20,000 nucleotides of DNA from an uncultured virus (IMG/VR IMGVR_UViG_3300023172_002538) (taxonomy: Duplodnaviria > Heunggongvirae > Uroviricota > Caudoviricetes). Of this stretch, positions 8,940 through 16,367 are shown piece by piece (position 1 is the first letter of the stretch; each line of letters begins with the position of its first letter). The notes under the pieces were generated by a model. The model was given only the letters and a program-made list of their open reading frames with translations, was not told the DNA's origin and did not search any database. The position numbers and the translations under genes were made by a program. The stretch is taken from IMG/VR virus record IMGVR_UViG_3300023172_002538, one strand, 5' to 3'.

Positions 8940-9115
8940 TGCATGACGCTCTAATCTACATGGTGACTTACGAAGGTCAATGGAACGGCAAGACCGGTGA
9001 GTCACCTTATACTTGGATCGAGTATTCTTGGTCTGCCGCAGAGTCGTTGAAGCAAGAACTTGAAGATCGTTATCCTGATCGGGTTTGGTCTATCGTTGAA
9101 AAGGACGTGTCATGA
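8939..9115 (+). CDS. Hypothetical 58-aa protein missing from the ORF track (MHDALIYMVTYEGQW...VEKDVS)
   Basis: Fills the gap exactly: TAATG overlap upstream, ATGA overlap downstream. Confidence 0.75.
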   Translation: MHDALIYMVTYEGQWNGKTGESPYTWIEYSWSAAESLKQELEDRYPDRVWSIVEKDVS

Positions 9116-9324
9116 GTTACGAAGAATTCAGGTCACTATATAAAAAGCTAGTGACGGAACTGTTGACTGACACCAGTCCAAAAGTTCCAAAAATGATTTA
9201 TTCAAAGCAGTCGTTAGAAATCTGCGAACGTTTGTCTGATCTGTGCGAGGAGTATCCAGAATATGAAGAAAGGGTCGATAGCGAAACTTGGGGAGAGATT
9301 AATGGACGCGCTGTCGGATATTGA
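9112..9324 (+). CDS. Hypothetical protein
   Basis: SD AAGGA; ATGA coupling. Confidence 0.65.
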   Translation: MSYEEFRSLYKKLVTELLTDTSPKVPKMIYSKQSLEICERLSDLCEEYPEYEERVDSETWGEINGRAVGY

Positions 9325-9472
9325 CTACCGACGTGCGTTTAAGTTATCATTGATAGTTGTTCCAGTGTTGATCTGGGACATTTTTTATTTGGTCGTAGAA
9401 AAGTTCTATGACCTCTGCACTTACATCGACGATGTGGGTGGCAGTTATCTTGAAAAATTTATGGAGAAGTGA
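9302..9472 (+). CDS. Small membrane protein (start revised to ATG 9302)
   Basis: SD GGAGAG; hydrophobic LSLIVVPVLIWDIFYLVV. Confidence 0.6.
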   Translation: MDALSDIDYRRAFKLSLIVVPVLIWDIFYLVVEKFYDLCTYIDDVGGSYLEKFMEK

Positions 9473-10246
9473 ATGCCACGCATCGTTGTTACTGGTCTAG
9501 GTCCTGTTGGTACTGCTGTTGGTACTGCCCTAGCAAATCATCCAGACATTGACCTGTTCTTTGATGATCCCGCTAAGGGTTCTAATTTTCCATTCGACAT
9601 GGTTGACACTGTTGATGGTGTTGTTGTCTGTGTTGCTACGCCCATGGGCGAAGACGGTTCATGTTATACTGATAACATCGTTGATGTTTTCAATAAGTAT
9701 CGTGACACTAAGTACCTGATCAAGTCGACCACGAATCCCGTTTTTCTGCGTGAGTTTGATCATCTGGACATCACGTTCAGCCCTGAGTATCTGCGTGGCA
9801 CAACTGGTTCAGATCCGACGCAAGAGTTTATTGATTCAGAGTTTGCGATCTATGGTGGCGGTTCTATGCGCTGGTGGCACGAGATATTCGCACCCGTTTT
9901 GCCTAATCTGAAGAACGTGCGATACATGACTGCTGAACAAGCCTCGTTTGCAAAGTACTTTTTGAATTGCTTCCTTGCAACCAAAGTGACGTTCTTTAAT
10001 CAGGCTTATGAGATTTTTCAAGCATGTGGCGGTCAAGACTTCGACGTTGTGATCGATGGTCTCTGCCTTGATCCACGTGTCGGTCGCTCGCACACTGCTG
10101 TTCCTGGTCCTGATGGAATGTTTGGTTATGGCGGACACTGTTTTCCGAAAGACATGTCTGCGTTCATGAAGTTTGGTGAAGAAGCGGGTGCTGATGTGCA
10201 GTTCTTAAAGGATACTATCGATGCAAATACCAGATACCGCTCGTAG
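9473..10246 (+). CDS. UDP-glucose/GDP-mannose 6-dehydrogenase family protein, short form lacking the C-terminal domain
   Basis: GLGPVG Rossmann motif, CVATP, IKST, FSPEYL, AKYFLN, catalytic GYGGHCFPKD. Confidence 0.9.
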   Translation: MPRIVVTGLGPVGTAVGTALANHPDIDLFFDDPAKGSNFPFDMVDTVDGVVVCVATPMGEDGSCYTDNIVDVFNKYRDTKYLIKSTTNPVFLREFDHLDITFSPEYLRGTTGSDPTQEFIDSEFAIYGGGSMRWWHEIFAPVLPNLKNVRYMTAEQASFAKYFLNCFLATKVTFFNQAYEIFQACGGQDFDVVIDGLCLDPRVGRSHTAVPGPDGMFGYGGHCFPKDMSAFMKFGEEAGADVQFLKDTIDANTRYRS

Positions 10247-10634
10247 CTATACGCTTGATGTGCAGGAAGATTCAGATGGTCAATATCTGATCTTTCCTGA
10301 CGAAGAGATGGAGTTGCTTGGCTGGAAAGAAGGCGACGATATCGAATGGATAGACAATGGTAATGGGTCTTGGACTCTGAGGAAAAAAGAAATGCAGAAA
10401 GTGATGATCGAACTTGAAGACGAACAGGTCGATGCCATCGTTATTCAAGAATTAAAAAATGCGATTGCGTCATTTGAGCAAAGCATTGAAGAGCGCAGTA
10501 ACGGTGAAGGTCTTGCTTGGTACGACAGTGATCCGGTTAAAGATGTGAATTATCTTGTTGACCAGGTTCGTGCGTTCATGACCGTACTTGAATATTACGG
10601 AGTGCCCGGTGAAGATTTTAATCGAAAAGTGTAG
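10221..10634 (+). CDS. AbrB/MazE-like N-terminal domain fused to a helical domain
   Basis: LIFPDEEMELLGWKEGDDIEW is typical of the swapped-hairpin AbrB fold. Confidence 0.6.
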   Translation: MQIPDTARSYTLDVQEDSDGQYLIFPDEEMELLGWKEGDDIEWIDNGNGSWTLRKKEMQKVMIELEDEQVDAIVIQELKNAIASFEQSIEERSNGEGLAWYDSDPVKDVNYLVDQVRAFMTVLEYYGVPGEDFNRKV

Positions 10635-10806
10635 CGATCCCTCTCGTTGGTATGCAGACAAGGTTGGTCAATACGTTCCCTTTCTAGAAGATTGTGGCAA
10701 CGAATATAAGTCTTTGCAAGATCCCGATCCACAGATGAGCGGTCATCGTTTCATCAATTTCGTTTTGAAAACAGATTGTGTGCTAGTGGAGAGTTCTGAT
10801 GATTGA
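10609..10806 (+). CDS. Hypothetical protein (GTG 10609 start inferred)
   Basis: GGAG upstream of GTG; overlaps neighbours. Confidence 0.6.
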   Translation: MKILIEKCSDPSRWYADKVGQYVPFLEDCGNEYKSLQDPDPQMSGHRFINFVLKTDCVLVESSDD

Positions 10807-11083
10807 TAAAAGTTATGTTGAGATTGATGCCTCTTCTTGGTTGACCAGCGATGGATATGTTGAGGTTGGTGTGTATCTTGGCGAGGGTGCTTGTGAGCCT
10901 TGTCATATCGATAAGGTAAGTCTTCTCGACTTGATCGACAAAGACCTTCAAAGTTATACTGTTTCTTTCTCAGACCAGATCGTTGAACGTCATTTCGAAG
11001 ATGTTGAGGAGCTTCTCAAGAGTCTGAAAAAAGCATACAAGTATGCTAAGAAACGTGCGAAGGAACTGGGTTATGAAAATTGA
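10799..11083 (+). CDS. Hypothetical protein
   Basis: SD GGAGAG; dense packing. Confidence 0.7.
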   Translation: MIDKSYVEIDASSWLTSDGYVEVGVYLGEGACEPCHIDKVSLLDLIDKDLQSYTVSFSDQIVERHFEDVEELLKSLKKAYKYAKKRAKELGYEN

Positions 11084-11285
11084 AGTGATTTCAGTAGACG
11101 AAGAAACCGGTAAAGTAGAGTTAGACCTCGACGAAGAAGCACGAGTGTGGTTAATAGAAGTCGGGTTCAATAAAGTTCTGCGTGATGCGATAGAGGCGAG
11201 TAATGAGCGTCAGAAGTCTGTGGGTAGGCGACTAATGGACAAATACTCCGGAGCACTCTCTGGTCTTGAGGCGAGTGATGATTAA
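11073..11285 (+). CDS. Hypothetical protein (start revised to ATG 11073)
   Basis: SD AAGGA. Confidence 0.65.
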   Translation: MKIEVISVDEETGKVELDLDEEARVWLIEVGFNKVLRDAIEASNERQKSVGRRLMDKYSGALSGLEASDD

Positions 11286-11484
11286 ACCAGCACTAGATAA
11301 ACCTTACATTACATTAATTTGTAATCCTTACGAGTATGAGTCGTCAACGAACACACGAGTAACAATTGATGTAATGGAAAAAGATTTGAGTCGAGATGAT
11401 ATGATTGGAGTCCTAGAAGACTTTATGAAAGCAATAGGCTATCATTTTGATGAAGGTGAGCATTTAGGAATTGAATGGGAGTAG
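11278..11484 (+). CDS. Hypothetical protein (start revised to ATG 11278)
   Basis: SD GAGG. Confidence 0.65.
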   Translation: MIKPALDKPYITLICNPYEYESSTNTRVTIDVMEKDLSRDDMIGVLEDFMKAIGYHFDEGEHLGIEWE

Positions 11485-11487
11485 TAA

Positions 11488-11853
11488 ATGAAAGCAGGTA
11501 AGATATGGGGTAACACGGAACTCATCGAGCATAATAGTACGTTTGAGTTTCATCGAATCGAGTTTATGGCAAACCATTGCTGTAGCGAACACTATCATAA
11601 GACCAAGTGGAATGGTTTTTACGTTGAGTCTGGTGTTCTAATGGTACGCACTTGGCCTGATGGTACTGAGCCAAACACGTCTCGTCCGACTGTCTGTGAT
11701 CAGACGATTTTGCGAGCAGGCGAGTATTACAAAGTCGAGCCTGGCAAGTGGCACCAGTTCGTAGGTATTGACGACGGTGTTGCTTTTGAGTTATACTGGG
11801 CTGAGTTTAATGCAGACGATATCGTTCGCCGTACTCAAGGACACAAGATGTGA
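11488..11853 (+). CDS. Cupin-domain protein (sugar isomerase/epimerase-like)
   Basis: KIWG..E, SEHYH..KWNGFYVESG and VEPGKWHQF cupin motifs. Confidence 0.85.
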   Translation: MKAGKIWGNTELIEHNSTFEFHRIEFMANHCCSEHYHKTKWNGFYVESGVLMVRTWPDGTEPNTSRPTVCDQTILRAGEYYKVEPGKWHQFVGIDDGVAFELYWAEFNADDIVRRTQGHKM

Positions 11854-12131
11854 TTAAGAAAAATCCTAGTATATTTGATCTTGAGCAAGAGATCATGTCA
11901 TGTTGGAATGTCACAGATGATCTCGATATGATCACTGCGCATTTTGTTGACAGTCCAGAATATACTCATATGCCTTCTGATATTGCAGATTCGATTATGA
12001 ATAAATACTTCGGACTAAAGGAGGTTTATGATGTCAGGTTTAAAAAATTATGGGCTACGTTTGAAGTCGTTTGCAAAGAACATCATCGCCTTCGTAAAGA
12101 GCGTGGGGACTTCGATGATGCAAAAGATTAA
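11850..12131 (+). CDS. Hypothetical protein
   Basis: GTGA coupling; FDLEQEIMSCWNVTDD. Confidence 0.7.
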   Translation: MIKKNPSIFDLEQEIMSCWNVTDDLDMITAHFVDSPEYTHMPSDIADSIMNKYFGLKEVYDVRFKKLWATFEVVCKEHHRLRKERGDFDDAKD

Positions 12132-12327
12132 GAACTGGCTCAAAACTCTTTTTACTGAAGAGTATGAAGTAGTTATCTGGTATGATCCTGCTAAAAGACA
12201 GGTGTACAAGATGAAGTCAATTCAGAAACTCAATCAAAACAATTTAGTGGGTGTTTTGGTCACTGGTGAGAAGTTTACGATGCAGACCCAAGAGCCCTTC
12301 AATTATCAGGTGCGAAAGATTCATTGA
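12115..12327 (+). CDS. Hypothetical protein (start revised to ATG 12115/12118)
   Basis: GGGGA SD-like sequence upstream; avoids a long overlap. Confidence 0.6.
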   Translation: MMQKIKNWLKTLFTEEYEVVIWYDPAKRQVYKMKSIQKLNQNNLVGVLVTGEKFTMQTQEPFNYQVRKIH

Positions 12328-12536
12328 GTGTATTCAATCGAATTGTAAAAGTGTTTGAGAGACCTATCGAAGAGAATCCTATCGACAAAGCGATTGTCGA
12401 GAATCTGCCTCAGGAAGGTGAAGTCGAAAAAGTCTATCAAGCACGTTGGGTGTGGTATCACACGTTGTTAGCAGTAGAACTGTTCTTCACTAACGTTCTC
12501 CTGCTCTTAATTCTTTTTGTTATGGCGTTGAAATAA
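12324..12536 (+). CDS. Small protein with C-terminal TM helix
   Basis: TTGA overlap; hydrophobic C-terminus. Confidence 0.6.
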   Translation: MSVFNRIVKVFERPIEENPIDKAIVENLPQEGEVEKVYQARWVWYHTLLAVELFFTNVLLLLILFVMALK

Positions 12537-12552
12537 TGAGTGAAGATGACAC

Positions 12553-13014
12553 GTGAAGAAAAAATTTCTTGATGCTTATATGGACACCGCGAAGCGATTC
12601 GCAGAACTCAGTACAGCCCGTCGAGCAAAAGTCGGCGCGATCATTGTAAAGAACAATCGCATCATTTCTATTGGCTACAACGGCATGCCCGCCGGATGGG
12701 ATAACAATTGTGAACATGAAGATCGACCTCATTGGGCAAAAGATTATAAAGAGATCGATCCAATATATGTTCGATTAACCAGCAAGAAGGAAGTGTTACA
12801 CGCAGAATCAAATGCCATTGCAAAGATGGCGAGAAGTCCTGAGTCTTGCGAAGGCGCAACAATGTTCTGCACACACCTGCCTTGTATGGAGTGTGCCAAA
12901 CTGATCTATCAAAGTGGCATATCTCACGTTTACTATGATGTAGAGTACGAAGCCGCGAAAGGATGCGGCAAAGAGTTTTTGAAACAATGTGGAGTAGCGG
13001 TAATTAAATTATGA
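12553..13014 (+). CDS. cd: dCMP deaminase
   Basis: KVGAIIV, IGYNG, HAESNA and PCMEC zinc-binding motifs. Confidence 0.95.
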   Translation: MKKKFLDAYMDTAKRFAELSTARRAKVGAIIVKNNRIISIGYNGMPAGWDNNCEHEDRPHWAKDYKEIDPIYVRLTSKKEVLHAESNAIAKMARSPESCEGATMFCTHLPCMECAKLIYQSGISHVYYDVEYEAAKGCGKEFLKQCGVAVIKL

Positions 13015-13424
13015 AGATCGGATTCACATGTTCAACCTTTGACCTGTTACATGCGGGTCATGTCCAAATGCTTCGTGATGCCAAACAGCATTGCGACTAT
13101 CTCATTTGCGGGCTTCAGGTCGATCCCTCGTTAGATCGTTCCGAAAAGAACTCGCCCGTTCAAACCCTAGTCGAGCGATACACGCAACTCAAGGCTGTCA
13201 GTTACGTAGACGAAATCATTCCGTATCAGACAGAAGAAGACCTCAAAGACATCCTTGAACTGTACCACCTCGACGTTCGTATTCTAGGCGATGAGTATCG
13301 AGACCGTGAGTTTACGGGTAAGGATATCTGCCGTCGCCGCGACATTCAACTGTACTTTAACAAGCGGGATCATCGGTTTAGCTCCAGTGACCTCCGCCAG
13401 CGAGTAGTGAACGTAAGTGCTTGA
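13011..13424 (+). CDS. Glycerol-3-phosphate cytidylyltransferase (TagD)-like nucleotidyltransferase
   Basis: TFDLLHAGH (HxGH), ERY..L, GDEY, R...SSS motifs. Confidence 0.9.
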   Translation: MKIGFTCSTFDLLHAGHVQMLRDAKQHCDYLICGLQVDPSLDRSEKNSPVQTLVERYTQLKAVSYVDEIIPYQTEEDLKDILELYHLDVRILGDEYRDREFTGKDICRRRDIQLYFNKRDHRFSSSDLRQRVVNVSA

Positions 13425-13426
13425 TT
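13414..13426. promoter_or_regulatory. IHF-consensus site
   Basis: TAAGTGCTTGATT matches YAANNNNTTGATW. Confidence 0.5.
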
Positions 13427-13492
13427 TTATTGATTATTGATAAAATCGATTAATGTTTCGAAAACGATAGAAAAAATTCATGAAGAAAGTGG

Positions 13493-13540
13493 TTGACTCT
13501 GATGCTGGTCTGTGGTAGGATAGCATTTTCAGTGAGAGGA
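13493..13540 (+). promoter_or_regulatory. Sigma70-type promoter and SD
   Basis: TTGACT 13493-13498, 17 bp, TG-g-TAGGAT 13516-13521, SD GAGAGGA; AT-rich upstream region. Confidence 0.75.
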
Positions 13541-13541
13541 C

Positions 13542-13982
13542 ATGCCTATGCTAGTTGCTTTTGACGGTCGTATCAAAAACGAGACCCTTGTTGCTGATCA
13601 CTATGTTCCAGCTCTGATCAAAGCCCTTGGTCTCAGCCGTCTACGTAAGCCTCTGCTTGAGATCGATTTCGTCAACAAGCTTGACGCATACGGTCTCTGT
13701 GAAGGTGACCGCGACTATGCCAAGATCACCATTGCCAAAAAGTGTCCAGTGACTGGTCGCAAGCTTGGCTTTACCGAGATGATGTACACTCTGGCTCATG
13801 AGATGGTTCATGCTCGCCAGTTTTTACGTGGTCAGTTAGTCGCAGAAGGTGCCTGGAAGTGGAAGGGTCGTAACGCTGACGGCTATGAGTATGATAATCA
13901 ACCGTGGGAGAAAGAAGCATACCGTCTTGAGAAAGAATTGTTCCAAGACTGTTTCCCCTTCCATCTACCGTTCAACAACTAG
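13542..13982 (+). CDS. Zinc metallopeptidase-like protein (HExxH)
   Basis: TLAHEMVHARQ and Y..QPWEKEAY. Confidence 0.8.
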   Translation: MPMLVAFDGRIKNETLVADHYVPALIKALGLSRLRKPLLEIDFVNKLDAYGLCEGDRDYAKITIAKKCPVTGRKLGFTEMMYTLAHEMVHARQFLRGQLVAEGAWKWKGRNADGYEYDNQPWEKEAYRLEKELFQDCFPFHLPFNN

Positions 13983-13990
13983 GAGTTTTT

Positions 13991-14254
13991 ATGAGCGAAG
14001 AAAAGTATGTATGGCACCGCCCTCACAAGGCCGAAGAGTGGTATGAGAATCAAATCTGTAATCAAGTGTGGGAACAGATCACTGAACACTTTGGCGTTGA
14101 TGAGATCACCGAAATCACTCCTGGTCAGATCAGAGAGATTGAAGAGTGGCGTGAGGAGAATCTGAGCGAGTACAGTGTGCTTCAGGTAGGTTTCTCTAAC
14201 TTCATGTCACATTGGGAAAGCGAATGTTGGGAAGCAGGATTATATGAGCTTTAG
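13991..14254 (+). CDS. Hypothetical acidic protein
   Basis: SD AGGAG. Confidence 0.75.
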   Translation: MSEEKYVWHRPHKAEEWYENQICNQVWEQITEHFGVDEITEITPGQIREIEEWREENLSEYSVLQVGFSNFMSHWESECWEAGLYEL

Positions 14255-14699
14255 TAAACTCCAAGAACGTTTAACTGAAGAGGGCTGGTTCGTAGGTTGG
14301 AATCTGCCGTGCTGTCAGACCTGTGCATGGGCTGAAGTCGAGCATGATGATCTGTCGAAGGTGCTGTTCAATCACTCGCAAGACTGTGAAGTCTACATGG
14401 AAGGCGAAGAGTGCCCAGCTTGTGACGGTGAAGGCTACGACATGGACACCGATGAAGAGTGCATGGAATGTTTCGGTTCTGGTGAAATCGAAGAAGGTTT
14501 TGATCGATCTGAGTACGACACTTCGGTGAGTGGATTCATCTGTAACACGCCTGAGCAACAATCATCCAGCTACTTTTGTTTTGATGGCGACAAAGAAGGC
14601 GTTAAGAATCTGAAAGCGATTCTGCCCATCATCGAAGAGACCGGTTGTTCTTGGCACTGGGATCAAACAGGCAAATCACGTATTGAAATCAGTTGGTAA
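14244..14699 (+). CDS. Cys-rich protein with inserted DnaJ-type zinc finger
   Basis: CCQTC plus CPACDGEG and CMECFGSG (CxxCxGxG repeats). Confidence 0.7.
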   Translation: MSFSKLQERLTEEGWFVGWNLPCCQTCAWAEVEHDDLSKVLFNHSQDCEVYMEGEECPACDGEGYDMDTDEECMECFGSGEIEEGFDRSEYDTSVSGFICNTPEQQSSSYFCFDGDKEGVKNLKAILPIIEETGCSWHWDQTGKSRIEISW

Positions 14700-14711
14700 A
14701 TGTGAGATAAT
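14683..14711 (+). promoter_or_regulatory. Sigma70-type promoter overlapping the upstream gene end
   Basis: TTGAAA 14683-14688, 17 bp, TG-a-GATAAT 14706-14711. Confidence 0.6.
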
Positions 14712-14718
14712 ATTTGTC

Positions 14719-15048
14719 ATGAAATACTATTCGCTAAACCACGACTATGCTGGTCGTCGAAGAAAGAAACGCAAACCGAAGGGAGAAGTCTATGGCAAAT
14801 ATGCGCCACCGAAATTTACAGAGATGTCAACAGCAAAGCAACCGACGTACGCAGATGTTCGCCGTGCAGAAGCAGAGCGATACCCCAGTCGGTCTGACGT
14901 TGTTGGACGCTCGGATGCAGGTCGCAAAGTCGAAAGCCAAAAGTACACGGGAGACTACGTAATCGGCATCGCAACGATGCACAAGTCTAATGCAGTACCC
15001 GTGACCAATCCTAAACACGCAACTGAAATTTCGGAGATGGGCAAGTGA
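14719..15048 (+). CDS. Basic hypothetical protein (start revised to ATG 14719)
   Basis: RRRKKRK N-terminus; YTG...GIATMHKSNAVPV C-terminal motif that I recall from T4-like phage hypotheticals. Confidence 0.75.
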   Translation: MKYYSLNHDYAGRRRKKRKPKGEVYGKYAPPKFTEMSTAKQPTYADVRRAEAERYPSRSDVVGRSDAGRKVESQKYTGDYVIGIATMHKSNAVPVTNPKHATEISEMGK

Positions 15049-15197
15049 AAAAGAATCAAAGAGCGCGTCAACAAGGCGCATTGCAACGCCTCAAAGAGTC
15101 ACAATTCTTTGAGAAGAATGGTCGCACTGTAGAAGCGTGGCAAAAACGAAAAGATCGTGAGATCGAAATCCTAGAGAAAAAGGTGTCGATGCTGTGA
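15045..15197 (+). CDS. Hypothetical 50-aa protein missing from the ORF track (MKKNQRARQQGALQRL...)
   Basis: GTGA overlaps at both ends; GGAG upstream. Confidence 0.7.
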   Translation: MKKNQRARQQGALQRLKESQFFEKNGRTVEAWQKRKDREIEILEKKVSML

Positions 15198-15622
15198 AGA
15201 TCGAAGTTGGTAAACAGTATGAGATTCGACCGTTGCATAAGCGGTCGATGTGCGAGATATTATGTTTTCAAAAAGACAATCGATATGTGATCGTCGAAAA
15301 CGTATTGCAAGCCGGTGGTGTTTGTGTTAGAATTGATAATGAATCTGAGGCGCAATTGCTAAAGAATCATTTGAACAGTGAGAGCCCAAATCGATTGCTG
15401 GACTTCTCATACTTTACCAACGTTATGCCAACCGACGATCTTGAAGAAGGCTATCAAGGTTTTTCATATACGGGCTTTGACAATGTTCATGATGAGGAAG
15501 AACTTGATGAGCGTTTGGTCGAAGACGGATACATGTGTTTGTACGATGAAGGTTGGGACGAAATGTATCCGAAGTACTACATTGAAGGTCGTGTCTTGAT
15601 TAAGGATCCTAATGATGGCTGA
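15194..15622 (+). CDS. Hypothetical protein
   Basis: SD AAGG; coupled. Confidence 0.7.
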   Translation: MKIEVGKQYEIRPLHKRSMCEILCFQKDNRYVIVENVLQAGGVCVRIDNESEAQLLKNHLNSESPNRLLDFSYFTNVMPTDDLEEGYQGFSYTGFDNVHDEEELDERLVEDGYMCLYDEGWDEMYPKYYIEGRVLIKDPNDG

Positions 15623-15833
15623 ACGTTATCGGCAAGAAATCACTGAGTGGTCGGACAGCACTCCGAATCACATATATATTACCAATGGTCGAACACTACT
15701 CGGCTATATTCCTCGTGGTACAATGAAAGAGCATCGGTTCAAAACGCCCAGCAAGTGCTGGTCTCCGTCTCGTAGAAAGTTCCGCGATCTAACCAAAAAA
15801 GAACTTCTAGCAATTAAGGAAAACAACGTATGA
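15612..15833 (+). CDS. Hypothetical protein
   Basis: SD AAGGA; PNHIY...SRRKF pattern. Confidence 0.7.
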   Translation: MMAERYRQEITEWSDSTPNHIYITNGRTLLGYIPRGTMKEHRFKTPSKCWSPSRRKFRDLTKKELLAIKENNV

Positions 15834-16252
15834 AAAGGATTATTGGCGCACTACTTTTGACGGGTGCTGTAACTGCACAAGCAGAACCCTATGACATGGT
15901 GGTCACGAAGGTCACGGATGGCGACACGATTCGCGTAGATGTGAGCGACTGGGTTCTGCCTGAACTTGGTGACACCATGGGCGTTCGAATCATGGGCATT
16001 GATACGCCCGAGAAAGGTGGTCGTGCGCAGTGTGAGGCTGAGGCTGAACTGGGTGAAAAGGCGACCGAATTCGCTAAGTCTATGATCAAGGTTGGTGACA
16101 CGGTCCAGGTCGAAGTCGTTCAGTGGGACAAATACGGCGGTCGCTTCAACGGTATTGTGATGGTAAATGGCGAGAACTTCGCTCAGATGCAGATCGACCG
16201 TGGGCTGGCGAAGCCCTATGACGGTGGCACCAAAGAGTCTTGGTGCGACTGA
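15830..16252 (+). CDS. Thermonuclease (SNase-like) with signal peptide
   Basis: DGDT, VRIMGIDTPE and DKYGGR motifs; N-terminal MKRIIGALLLTGAVTAQA signal with AxA site. Confidence 0.92.
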   Translation: MKRIIGALLLTGAVTAQAEPYDMVVTKVTDGDTIRVDVSDWVLPELGDTMGVRIMGIDTPEKGGRAQCEAEAELGEKATEFAKSMIKVGDTVQVEVVQWDKYGGRFNGIVMVNGENFAQMQIDRGLAKPYDGGTKESWCD

Positions 16253-16362
16253 TATTCCGGAATGTTCTAAGTATATAACAAAATATTCTAAGAACATCGC
16301 AAAAAGTGCTTGAACTCCTCTCCCGACTATGATAGGATAGTATTGTAGTTGAGAGAGGAGTT
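16253..16362 (+). promoter_or_regulatory. Early promoter cassette 2 with tandem boxes and RBS-sequestering inverted repeat
   Basis: Boxes 16253-16270 and 16274-16291; TTGAAC 16310-16315, 17 bp, TG-a-TAGGAT 16333-16338; arms 16313-16334 / 16341-16362. Confidence 0.85.
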
Positions 16363-16367
16363 GTTTT

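Noticed and set aside
13496..13539. Possible anti-SD hairpin at the 13493 promoter (CTCTGATGCT / AGCAT...CAG)
   Set aside because: Only a short, bulged pairing; too weak to claim.
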